Shown here piece by piece: positions 9,456 to 21,600 of a stretch of DNA of 64,000 nt. The stretch's first letter is position 1. The number at the start of each line of letters is the position of its first letter. Location of the stretch: the IMG/VR virus record IMGVR_UViG_3300005805_000055, positions 29,762-93,761 of that record; one strand, written 5' to 3'. The translations under genes were made by a program, and so were the position numbers. This stretch comes from a virus. Below the pieces are notes generated by a model that was given only the letters and a program-made list of their open reading frames with translations, searched no databases and was not told where the DNA came from.

Positions 9456-11457
9456 GCAAATCTCTCATCCGGTCCATTGATTGATCAAGGATTTCTACTC
9501 GTTGCTTAAAGATCGTATTAACGATATTTAGGTGCTGTTTTTCTGCGCTAGTTAATGAACCATCAGAGGCCAGTCTTTCTCTGAAATTGACAAAATTGAA
9601 AGCCCTAGCTTTTTGTATTAGCTTTTCAATTTGGGCAAGAAATTGTCGACGTTGTGCTGCCTTTAGCTGCTTATAATAGTCACCATACATATTGGCACCA
9701 GACATAAATGAATCAAGTGTCTGCTTTGCATTTTTGCGCACCTTAATTTCTGCAAGGGGCGTAAGCGATGACTCAAATGCATTGACAACAGGCTTATACT
9801 CATTGCCAACTGGAATTAGGTCAACTGTTCCTGGTGATCGATTTTCTACGCCGGTAACAAAGTCAGAAACAAATAGTGCTGCAGCATCCTTGGGCGATAC
9901 ATCATTGAATGACTTTTCTCGATTGGGATTAGTTCCTGGATATACAATATCTGGAGTTTGGTAAACGTACCTGCGCTTATCACCTTCACCAACGGGGAAA
10001 ACATCAGGTGATTCCAGACCGAGATTTTGTTGCATATCTGAAATAAATCGAGCATTAACAGCATCGAATTTGTTTATCGGCTCGCGTTCCCAGTAGGAAT
10101 GATTCTCTGGTCCCATGAGTCTTGAAACACCACGACGTGATTCAATACGCCTAAAGAGATTTACCTGACGCAACGCCTCCGCAAGTATATTTGCCGGAAT
10201 ACTAGAGAGCGAACCTCCGTTACTGATATGCTGTGCCGCCTCTGAAACTGAATTGATTTCTGATCCAATTCCAGCATTTGATGCCGATGCACGCTCTGGG
10301 GCCTTTGCTTTTGCCCTGCGCCCAAATATTTCCTTAACCCATTTTGGTGTTGACTTACCATTACGACCCATAACTATTTCGTTAGGGTTATCAATACCGA
10401 CAAACTTTTCTGTGTACTTCATTCCATCGCCAGTCTCGGTTGCTACATTCATGAGTCTGGCAACTGGATTTGTAGAATTATCAATTGATGCTGAGGCATT
10501 GACGGTACGTCCTAGTTTTCGTCTTTCGCCAACAGTCAGGGGACGAACTTTTTCAAGAGTAAGAGATGATCCACCTGGGAGTACGTATACAAGTTTTGAG
10601 ACTCCAGTATTTGAAAGAAGACCAAGCTCCTGGCCACCAAGAGATTCAACATCATTGGCGGTCATAATGAATGTTGCGTCTTCCATGTCTCTGTTGTCTG
10701 GGATAGTTCTAAGGACCCTGGGTGTAACGACTGGCTCCAAGACGAAACCATCTCGACGTACCATGCGCATGGCAGAAATATTTGGTCCACCCATATCTGT
10801 AACCAATTTGGCTACTTCCTTTGCCCTGGATACCCTATTTGTCTCCCCAACCCTCGGAATCTGTGGTCGACGTCCCTCTAGAATATCGTTATATTCACCA
10901 GCAGTGACTGGGCGCCCCTCAATGCCACCCGTCAGGGCCCTCATCTCTCGTTGCGCCAATCGACGAAGAGCACCTATTGCTGCACCCAAAGGTCCTGGCA
11001 GGTCAAACAATTTTGCACCACAGTTAGAGAATTCATTATCAGCAAAACGTCCTCCATACTGGTATCCCTCAGGGCACCTGGCGGTACGTTCGCGCCTATT
11101 TATTCCGCCACCACCAAAACCTGGAATGCCTGGTGTGAGTGCTCCAAAAACAGTAGACCGTACCGGACTTCTAAGTGGGGAAATGTTGCCAGGAAGTGCA
11201 TATGAGCCTATTGATTGAATAGCCTGACCGATTGGCGAGCTAGAGCCTAGTAGACCAACCCGTTTCACATTGTATTTCCCGCGAACATCATATTTATAGG
11301 CAAGCGCTTTGTACTCAGCTGCCTCCGGCGATGATGCCGTCGTGGAAAAAATAATACTAGAGCTACTGGGGCTGGGAATGTCTGCCGTCTTGCGACGAAC
11401 AATTACAGTCATGTCTGGACAGCACTTGCTCACCTTTTCAACAATTTGTATTTTCAC
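9445..11457 (-). CDS. Putative internal head protein, 670 aa, with degenerate JAB-like and degenerate HipA/PI4K-like kinase regions
   Basis: Overlaps both neighbours. RCPEGYQYGGRFADNEFSNC at 11020-11079. C-terminal SDFVTGVENRSPGT resembles the kinase D..GNxDRHxxN loop without the catalytic Asp. Confidence 0.75.
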   Translation of the reverse strand: MKIQIVEKVSKCCPDMTVIVRRKTADIPSPSSSSIIFSTTASSPEAAEYKALAYKYDVRGKYNVKRVGLLGSSSPIGQAIQSIGSYALPGNISPLRSPVRSTVFGALTPGIPGFGGGGINRRERTARCPEGYQYGGRFADNEFSNCGAKLFDLPGPLGAAIGALRRLAQREMRALTGGIEGRPVTAGEYNDILEGRRPQIPRVGETNRVSRAKEVAKLVTDMGGPNISAMRMVRRDGFVLEPVVTPRVLRTIPDNRDMEDATFIMTANDVESLGGQELGLLSNTGVSKLVYVLPGGSSLTLEKVRPLTVGERRKLGRTVNASASIDNSTNPVARLMNVATETGDGMKYTEKFVGIDNPNEIVMGRNGKSTPKWVKEIFGRRAKAKAPERASASNAGIGSEINSVSEAAQHISNGGSLSSIPANILAEALRQVNLFRRIESRRGVSRLMGPENHSYWEREPINKFDAVNARFISDMQQNLGLESPDVFPVGEGDKRRYVYQTPDIVYPGTNPNREKSFNDVSPKDAAALFVSDFVTGVENRSPGTVDLIPVGNEYKPVVNAFESSLTPLAEIKVRKNAKQTLDSFMSGANMYGDYYKQLKAAQRRQFLAQIEKLIQKARAFNFVNFRERLASDGSLTSAEKQHLNIVNTIFKQRVEILDQSMDRMRDLLGG

Positions 11458-12110
11458 TCGTCACACCCACAATCTTTATCGAGTGGTACAACTGACTTCA
11501 TTGAATTACCAAAATGATCATCACCAACCATTTCCCAGTTATTATTATCCCTCAAAAATGTGACAAATTTTGGTTCCATTTCGCAGAAGTCTCGAAGAAC
11601 AACAATTGCATGCTTTAGGTCATCAGTAGTTACTACGTAGTTCTCTGAATCGCTATACTGTTCCGCGCCTTTAGTATACCAAGTTTCATCAAAAAAGATA
11701 TCCTCATTAATAGACTTCTTTTTGCCAAATCGTTGACTCATCCTACGATTCCAGTCTTTATCTGACCATATTGAGCCATTGAAGATTTTCTTTATTTTTC
11801 TGCGGCAATTCTTCATCGTTGGATGATGGCATCCTTCATTTGGCCAAAGGCCAGTTGTTTCATGATGGAGCCATGCGCAAATATTGTTGAGTGGGTATAG
11901 CTCGGGGTGATCTGCCAGAATTACACGACAACGTCGAAAACCGCCTGGTTTACGCATGATTGGGCGCCAATAGCGTAGCAAGCGCTCAAGATTCCCGCGA
12001 CGCGGACCGTATCCCCGGAGAATATCTCCAGTAATTGCCTCCTGGGGTAGGTCTAGAATTGCATCCTGTGGCGCCTTTATGCTCATGTCATCCATTGGTA
12101 TTGTCTCCAT
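11454..12110 (-). CDS. Cys/His-rich head-associated protein, 218 aa
   Basis: GNLERLLRYW...PGGFRRC...CAWLHHETTGLWP, a motif I associate with head-morphogenesis proteins of actinobacterial phages. 4-bp overlap with the next gene. Confidence 0.7.
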   Translation of the reverse strand: METIPMDDMSIKAPQDAILDLPQEAITGDILRGYGPRRGNLERLLRYWRPIMRKPGGFRRCRVILADHPELYPLNNICAWLHHETTGLWPNEGCHHPTMKNCRRKIKKIFNGSIWSDKDWNRRMSQRFGKKKSINEDIFFDETWYTKGAEQYSDSENYVVTTDDLKHAIVVLRDFCEMEPKFVTFLRDNNNWEMVGDDHFGNSMKSVVPLDKDCGCDE

Positions 12111-12609
12111 TTTCTGCCCAGACGCTACGCCAGTCTACACTATTTTTATTATGTAAGTTGTTTCCAGAAGTACGCACTGGTTTATAGATTTTACGATTTG
12201 CCGAAATACCACTCATGTATTCCATTTGACTAGAAGCATTTAACGACTTAAATTCCATTGCCCGATTATCAAAATAATGTTTTGACTTAATCTTGGGACT
12301 AATCGTTGTTTCTATTTTAACATCCTTGAGGAGTTCTGAGTTAACTGGTTGGGTTTTGTAGATAAATGTGCGCATCCAGCGCTCCAAATCCTCGCCAGTT
12401 TTTCGTCCCCAGAGGAATTTATGAAAATCAGTATGCTTGTATTCACTCAGGAATGGTTCAGTCAGTATGTATGCGCCAAAATCTATTAGTTCAACATCTC
12501 CATCGGGAGAAATAATAGCGCCATCTTTATCGGAATTAGCAACATCGTCAAGTAAATAATATACCTTATTATCCCCATTTGTTGCTACAAGTATTCCACG
12601 TGGATTCAT
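12088..12609 (-). CDS. Hypothetical protein, 173 aa
   Basis: Overlaps both neighbours (ATGA overlap at 12606-12609). Confidence 0.75.
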   Translation of the reverse strand: MNPRGILVATNGDNKVYYLLDDVANSDKDGAIISPDGDVELIDFGAYILTEPFLSEYKHTDFHKFLWGRKTGEDLERWMRTFIYKTQPVNSELLKDVKIETTISPKIKSKHYFDNRAMEFKSLNASSQMEYMSGISANRKIYKPVRTSGNNLHNKNSVDWRSVWAENGDNTNG

Positions 12610-15600
12610 TTTGTTTCCTTACCAGTGTCAATGCCAACATTTGGAATTCCGATCATATTTTCAAAAAGGGCAGTGAATAGCCTCTCAACCTCGGCAGTGT
12701 CAATACTATCACTAGCAGCCTTCTTGCCAAATTTGAATATTGCCAATAACTTACCCATGATTTTGTCAATATTTGCACTAGAATTATCTATGCCGAGCAG
12801 TTTGCCAATCTTGATTAGGTCCGACTTCTTCATTCCACCAAGTAATGGGATTTCGCCAGCCTTATTGGATGATTTTCCACTCAATGCTTCTATAATTTCG
12901 AAAGCACTGGCGATGTTCTCTGGATCAAACATTTTCTTAACAACATCACCATAATTATCGAGTTGACGACTGCCGGGTAGATTTGTTTTTGAATAAATTC
13001 CAGTCAGTAGCGTTGCTAGTGTCGCTCCATATTTAGCCCTTTCGGCTGGCGACATATTTCTCAATACACTCTTCATTTGCTCCATTCTGGATACATATTC
13101 CTCTGGAACTATGGTTTGTAGTTTTCTCATTTCTTCAACTGGATCACCTATCGATTCAGCAAAAACCGACAATGGACTAGTTCTCGACAAGCTGCCTCGG
13201 ACAAATTCTGCGTCTGGTGACGAATCAAAATCATCCTCAGCGTTTGTGATGGGGGGTGTGGGGTCGTCGTCGGTCCCTGTTTCATATTGTCCTTGACGGA
13301 AAAATCTTTGTCTCGCGCCATCACTCATGGCCCAATATCGTGCATATTCGGTCTCAGTAATTCTCGTAATTGCCCTACCGGGAACATCCATAAAGATAGT
13401 AGTCATTTCACCATTATTTGAACCTGTCATGTGGTGAAGTCCACTATCAACACCGCCCTCATATTCTGGATATTCTGCCGGAATATCTTCTATGGCTAGG
13501 GCATCCATGCGGATGTCGTGGTCCCTAGAGAAGGCTCCATATTCACCACCTGGAGTCATCTTCACTTCATATTCCTCTGAATTATTATGGCTTCTACCCA
13601 CTTCGGCAAGGGCTTGACCTGAAATACGCCGAACCTCGGCGTCGTGTGCTCTTGATGCGTCGGCACGACGCTGTTTATATTCTGTAGTATCATCATTAAA
13701 TATTGCTTGGCCATCCCTGAATAGTGTTCCGGCTTCTATGGTATAGCCTCTGTCTATGAATTCCTGATCCAGTTCATCGATATACTCAGCAAACCCCGGT
13801 ATTTCGACAACTTGACCAGATTTGAGAGGAATTTTCAACCCCTCTCCTATTGGGGGAGAAAACCACGTATCTACAACTAGTAGATTCTCAAGAGCTCCAG
13901 GATTTGCGTCAAGCACATCGCGCAGAGGAACAATTATTGCATAGGTTTTTCCTGATGGCGTAGGCCTCGCGCCATGTCCGGAAACAACGGCATTCGTTGC
14001 AAAGTGAATAGTTGAGCGATCATAATGAGGATTAATCCCACTCTGATCTTCGGATGGTTTGTCTTGTTCTAGGTGATTTTGCTCAAAGTCCCCAGTTGGT
14101 CGCAGTACAGTATTTCCATCTTCGTCAATTTCTGGTTCATAACTCGTTTGATGGACAATGAAGATGTCATCAATACCCATGGGACGTCTTATCGGTAAAC
14201 CGTTTTCGTCTTTGCCAACCCGTACCATAACATCAGGCTTTTGAGTCCAATCAATTGAACTAGGCTCACCGCCAATATTGCGAACAGTTTCTTGCCTGAA
14301 TTTGGCCTGAGTTTCTGCCATAAGTTCGTCACCACGCTGTGCGAGTCTCTCAAGTTCACGCCTTGCCTCATCGTCACCACGAGACGCAGCATACAGAAGC
14401 GCTGGAACTAGTCCAGAATTACCTTCTGATGCACGCCCTTCTTTATCTGACAACCATTCATTATGTCCAATGACTGCTGAGAAAAAAAGTAATGCCATTT
14501 CTTTGCCTTCTGGAGACAGAGGGTCAAGACCTGTTATTGCATATGGATCAACTGGGATTACCTCAACATCATCATCAAAATTTAACTCGGTTCTTCCCCA
14601 TGTTCGTGGGCCAAACATAATTTTTTTACCATTTATTTCATAAACTGGCCTATGGAGTTGCCTTGTGCCGAAACTCTCATCTGGGTATCCGAAGCCGGGA
14701 AGGGTTGGGTTGTCGTTTGGTCGGCCGAATACTGGTGTTTTTGTATATGCGACTGGCTTACTACTTACCGAACCAATACGTGTCGTTGATTTTGAACCAA
14801 CTACCGCTGAATCTGTAGCAAATGGATCAAATGGCATTTCAAACGGGTCATTTGCCGCCCCAGTGAACGGATCACTGACAGGCATAGTGAATGGGTCGTC
14901 CGGCATAGTTGCGAATGGGTCGTCTGATGACGCTGATTCAACTAAATCGGTGTCCCTAGTAGTTGAATCCCTGCCAGCACGACGACGTTGCAGCCTCTCG
15001 CGCACTGAGCCACCAACCTCACGCGCGCGTTGTGCTACGCCCTGTATGCGCTCATTGTCTTCAATGAACTCGCGTGCTGCAGTGGCAACTTCACGTGCCC
15101 TTTCTCTTGTCTCGTCGCTGGTAGCAAGTTTTGCGCCTTTTTCGATGGCTTCAGTAAGTCTTTCAGGCAATCCTTCTGGCGCAACTCTGTCAAGTAGCTG
15201 TTGCTCAACTCGCCTAGCTTGATCCGGAGATAGCCAGCCACGATCAAGAGCTTCACGCAAGCCAAGATCAGCAATATCCCGTCCAGCTCTACGTGCAAAT
15301 ACTGTAGCAAGTCCAGCTGGGCCTCCCGCCGCAAAAGCTGCAGCTAGCTCACCAACAAACTGTGTAGCTTCGGCATTTTCCTCAGAAAGACCTGCTCGCT
15401 CGAGAAGTTTCTGAACCCTATTGGATCCTATGACTCTGGAAACTGTTCCAGCTCTTCTTCTTGCTTTGCTTGCTGAATCACCACCAGGGCCACGTGTTGT
15501 TGACTTGCTGCCCATTATGAGTGACTCATTCACCGAAGCTCTTGGTGTGGCGCGCTTCTTCCGCGATCCTGGCGATGCTAATGCTTCTTTGATTTTGGAA

Positions 15601-18600
15601 ACATTTTGTGCAATTTCTACTGCTGCACGATACGCAAGTGCATCGTCAGCAGAAGACGCTGATGGTGCTCCAGGAAAATTACTGAAGCCATTTTCATCCA
15701 TAATGTTTATGCCATCTTCACGAGTGAAGACGAGAGATGTGGATTTCCCATGTTTATTTTCGAAATCACGACGTAGCTGTGCGGCACCCCTGCGCTGCCT
15801 AATTATTTCGGCACTAGGAACGATGTCGGACAAACGACCATCATCGACCATCTCGACTATCGCGCTTTGTTCATCGACTGAAAAACCATTTTCATTAAGT
15901 GCCGATTTCACATTTTGATTTGAGTCAAGAACTGATTTAAATGAGTAGCTTTCATCAGCGTTTACTAGCTTGGCAGGTACACGTATTTGCTCAATTTCAG
16001 TGAAGTCAATACCACCAGGGATAAGTGTTTCAAAATTATCACGTGACTCAGATTTACTTGATGGCTTGAGTAGGTCTGATACAACATTTCTCTGAGTTGA
16101 AGCAATTGCCCTGGTTATGAATTCATTACGTTGTTCACGCGTTGATGTAGTAAAGTCAAACATGGCAAGCGTTATGTCATCCCTATCTTGTGACAAAATA
16201 GGGGACATCGAATCTCTGTTTTTAATTGCTGCACCCCGTGAATACGATGAGCGTTGAGAAACTTCTGGTAGAGCAACTATTTCAATTTTTTCACGACCCC
16301 CAACTACGCGCGATGCATATTGATTGGTGCCAATAAATCCATTTCGGGTACGCTCTGCTATTTCTGCATCAAGAATTGCTTGTTCTGACCTATGGACCAG
16401 TCGCCCACTAATTGTTCTTTCGCTTGGATCAATGTCTGGAGAGAAACCGACAGATGTCTCAAAAGCTTCTCGCACCTGAGAAGCACTAGAATTTGGTTTA
16501 ATTTCTGATGGCGTACGAATACGACCGTTTTCCATTAGGTCGCGTAGGCCACTGTCGTCCATATCCACACGAATGCGTTCATCGAAGCTATTGTGAAGAT
16601 TCAATAGTGCATTAGACACCATGTCAGTTATCTCTTCCGGAGTCGACGATGCAATGAGATCTTGTATTTGCTGAGTCATATAATCCGGGAGTGGCTCGCG
16701 CATATCTGTGTCGCGAGCATCAATTAGTTGCTTTATCTCCATGACAGACTCAAGCATTGAATCCGTATTGAGTCTCTTTACCTGAGAGCGTGATGCTGGC
16801 GGGAAAAGCGTGCTAACTGACTCTGGGTCCTCAATTGATGCCTGGTTTATGTTTTCGACAAAATCATTATCTACATCAAATGGACGACTTGATGATTCAG
16901 AATATGACTTAGATAGCTCAACATTGCGAGAACGTCCACGTTTGGCTGCTCCGATCTCACCGCTTACACCTCTTGTTGTTGACTTTGATCCAATGGGACC
17001 ATTAAATTCCGAAATTTCCTGATTTGATTTTGCTATTTCAGCATTTAGAGTTTCGCGGATACGCCTTGCTTCATCGGCATCCCCGCCGGTTAGTGTCTGA
17101 GTTGCTTCATCTAGATCGTCAACCATTCTTGAAAGCGTGTCGACCGATGTTTCTTGACGATGTGGAATTATTGTTATCGTTCCATCTTCATCAATATCTG
17201 TGATAACAAACTCTCCAGGTGGAAGTATTAGGTCTGAAGTTTCGCCATCTGTGTAATTTTTTTCAGTTAAACCACGGCTTCCAGACGGAGCAATAACCCT
17301 GATGCGTCGTGTTGCCGTCAACTCACTGGATCCCATCACCTCTGAGTCGGCATGGGAAATCATTCGCCCGCGTATCATTTCGGTTGAATCTATTATTTCG
17401 CCTTGTCCAAGACCATCGAAGACTTCGCTCTCTGGTACACCAAATGTCGCCTCAACGTCTTGGTCAAGCATTGACTTGTCTAATGCGCGGAGTGTTGGTG
17501 CGATAGATCTAGTAATTTCACTATCAAGTAATGGTGATTCAACATCTGGACTCGCTTCAGCTAGTGTTTCACCGCTAATTTCAGCATCACGACGTGCCTT
17601 TGCTGACGCTTTAACTGCATCAGACATAGCTTCTGGACCATCCATTGCTCTTGCTGACTGACGCTCATTTATTGCTACTGCACCAGAAATTGCCTTACTC
17701 TCATCCTCTTTTAGTTTTGCATCAGTAGCCTCTCTCGTTCTCTTCCCGTATGAAGATGGATCGGTAGCTGCATTAGGGCGTACTTTTCTTGCCTTTCCAT
17801 CAACTGTCTTGTCAGCAGGGGTGTCGGTTACAACGTGTGACTCAGCCTCTATTGCTCTTCCCGGCTGATATTCATTCCCAGATACTGACCATCCATCCTT
17901 GCCAGTGGTCGAACGTCCAGCATGCTTGGCAATGGTGCGCTGATAATGGATTAGTTCATCCTCATCAACTTCAACAACGTCACCTTCTCTTTGTGTGCGT
18001 GCTTTTTCTAAAGAACGCCTGCGCATTGATGTTGCAGTTTTTGATGACAAAACACTACTTGTACCTTCCTGCTTGGATAGATACTTTCCTGGCCGCTGAT
18101 CCGGCTGTCTCTTTGAAGCGGCAACAGCTGCTCGCCGTTCATCGGTATACTGAGCGCGTTCCTGATTCTCACGAATGACTTGTCGCATGGCCTTCATACC
18201 TAGCCATATTTTTGCCTGCTCATCTTTTGTAAGCTGCCTACTTCTAGACTGCTCAATAAGATCATCAACTTGTGTTTTTATCTTTTCAAATCTGGCATCA
18301 AGTTGATCAGGCGTCATTGACTTATATGCCTGTGTTGAACCAAATGGATCAGCAACTGAATCACCGGCTCCACCAACGGACGTATCATCAGCAGTAAGCC
18401 CAAATACCTCATCTATGAATGTTTTTTGCTGGCTTCGGTCATTTCCTGGTCGGAGCCCCTTGGCCGTTGGTGCAACCTTCCACTCGGTTGCTCCGTCCTC
18501 AGCAATGTAGCCATTTATTCTGCGCCACAAATCCCTGGATGCCTTGTCTTGCCTTGTTTCTGGTGTCTTCGGAGTTTCTGGAGTTTCTGGTGCTTCTCCG

Positions 18601-21600
18601 TCTGGAGTTGGTTTAGTCTTTTTTGTTGGAGTCTTTTTTGTTGACTTTTTCTTCTTCGGCTTTGATGCTTTTGGCGTTTCAAGATAAATATTGACCGTTA
18701 CATTTATTGGCGTATCTCCATCTATTTCTTCTCCATTGATAATTATTGGTCCAACAATAATATCTCCAGTATTGACGATTATATTTCCATCACCGTTGAC
18801 GTTAATATTTGTTGTGCCACTATTATTTACAACAGTATCACCGACAGTAACGGTGACCTTCTTTCCACTACCCCCACCGTCACCGGGCGTTTTGCCATCG
18901 GGCGTTTTGCCATCAGGAGTTCCGCCATCGGGTGTTCCGGGTGTTCCTGGCGGCAAGGCGGGCGGCTCGTCTGGCGTAACGTCGGGAGTTTCTTCTGGAG
19001 TTGGTCTCGGTCCAAAATACCTAGATGTGCCAGCACCTGATGGAATGACCTTGTCCATATATTCAAGTTGGCGGTCAATTTCCGGACCACTTATTACACC
19101 AGTTTTACGCAAAGCATTCAGCTCTACATGAGCTTCGGTGAGGGCAACTTGAAGCTCTGGACTCAGATTGCTACCCATTTGCCACGCACCAACTTTGTCC
19201 TGGTAGTAATTTCCGCTTATTAGGTGCAACATATTGTCTTCTAGTTCACCAACACCCGTAGGTGGGAAACCTGAAAGGAATTGGGGGTTAGAAATAACAC
19301 CCTTTGAAAGAGCATCCATCCATTCTTTTGATGTCCATTTCGATGTATCACCTGGCAGCACTCTTGTAACACGCCCATTTTCGAAAATTGGATAACCACC
19401 ATTTTCGGCAGCAAAACGTTTTATAAAATTTTCAGCTGCTTTGTATTGAAGCACATGCCCGAATTCATGATATGCGTCATGGCGTGCACGAGCCTTAAAA
19501 ATTGCAGCAAATAAATCCCCATTCAGTGCATAGTGGCGCGCGGCACTCATATCAGCGCCATACATTGCACCACGACTAAATTTAGTCCATGCCGCATCTA
19601 TTACTTCTGTGCCAACACCAAGACGTTTAGCAATATTTTCTTTAAGAATGGTCAGATCTGCGCCAGAAGGCATCTTGAAACCTCGTAAACCATATTGACT
19701 GAGAATTTCGCTTATTCTCCTAGGATCCGCTTCTCGTAATTCAGTCATGAGTCGTTGCACTTCAGCTTCTATCGCATTTTCAGGAGATGCTTTTATTGAT
19801 CTGGCATACGTATCCGCATCCATACTTTCAGTAAGAAGTTCTTCCATTGCAGTTAGTTTCTGCATCTCATTCATAAACATTGATTCCACGGCTTCGAAAT
19901 CTAGACTTACAGAAATTCCATAAGGATGTTTTTGTGTAAGTTCTTGGGCAATTGTTGTTATTGCCTCAGACTCCAATAATGGCTTAAGGACGCGGCTCCA
20001 AGAGTTTGAGAACCAGTCGATCTTTGCGGTTCCAGTAGGATCATCTGGAAGTGGAGCAACCATTCCTTGCGTATGCATAAAGTCGTAAGCTATGTTTTTT
20101 TTCTCACGCGGATCTGGTGTATATGCTCGCAATTCCGTAATTCCAGCAAACGCATCAGGATTATCGTTGCGTGAATCAATTAGTGCTTCGAGGTTCCCTT
20201 GTCGAACATCCGTATTTGCGCGAATCATAAAATTACGCAAACCCTCGTATCGCTGAAATAAATCAGGGCGCTTTGCTAAAATTTCATCACGTATACGTTT
20301 ATCCTTTATGTCAGAAACATAAACGTTCGTCTGTCTTCCGTTGCCAAAATCATGCGTTCCGAGTAATTGATCTGCCATGAGCGCATCAGTGGAGTCGCCA
20401 ATAGCTTGATGGTAGGCGGCAATATTATCCTTAAAGGACATATTTCCATCCCACGTGAATGGCTTATATGACCAGTTTCCTGTTTGTTTATCAACCTCAA
20501 CTATCATCATGTCTTCGACTAGTCCGCGCCACTCTGGACCTTCACCCTTTTCGCGCAGTATTTCTAAACCCATCAAATGACGAAGATTCGTCCTTTTTAT
20601 TATTTCCTGATCATCGGGATTATTGAGATCGAAACCCTCTGCAGCTATGCGCTCATCTATCGAGAGCCCATTAGCATCACGCAAATCACGAAGAAATTCT
20701 TCGTTAAGCATGTCGACTTCATCTTGACGTTTTTTTGATTTTTCATGTGTATTAATGTTTTTGCGTGCTTCATCAAAGCGCGACTGAGCTGATCCAGTAA
20801 TTTCACGTATACGTTCTTCGCTTCTAATCTGGTCTGCGCGTGCATTTATATTATTCATCCAGCTTCTAACACGACCAACTGCCTGTGCTGGATCTATGGC
20901 CATGCAATTGCTCATATCGATATCCGTGAACTGGTTGGCATTGGGCGTGCCTGGTGGACACCGCATTTTTCCGTTGGCATCGATTACTAGCCCACGAGCG
21001 ACAGCACGCTGCAGGCTGAGCCTTTGACTAGGTAGCAATTCGCTAATTGTTTTCCCTAGTTTCTTTTCATTTACCGGAAAGAGCTGTGTTGTAGCGATAA
21101 TTCCATTTAGGACATTCCTCGTGATGATGGAAAAGTCATCACTTTTGGATTCCAAATTCCCTTTTTCTACAAGATCGGGCCTATCTGTCATTCCGTATGG
21201 AGTGACCTCCATCGCCTTGACAATCTGCTTTGTCGGTTGTCCATCGGGTCCATTTGCGTAGAAGTAGACAATGGGCTTGGGGCGCTTCTTGTATTCGTCT
21301 ATGAAGGCTGTCCAGCCAGCAGCTTTTTCTTCGTCAGTAAGTTTCCGAACCGGATCAACCCAGCCCCATTTCGCACCTTCATCGGAAGTCATTTCGCGGA
21401 AGTTGGTGTGTAGTTTTAATACCTGACCAGGTTTTCTGCGAGCACGAGGATTCCAGTCAAGCTTCAACTCTGGAACATAATTATCAGAGTTCTCTCCAGC
21501 TTCGCGAGTTCCCTTTTTGGATCCACTCGACTTCAGTCCCTCGTCAAGCGCCTTGACGATCATGTCCGTATCTAGATATGCGAACCTCGTCAATACATCT

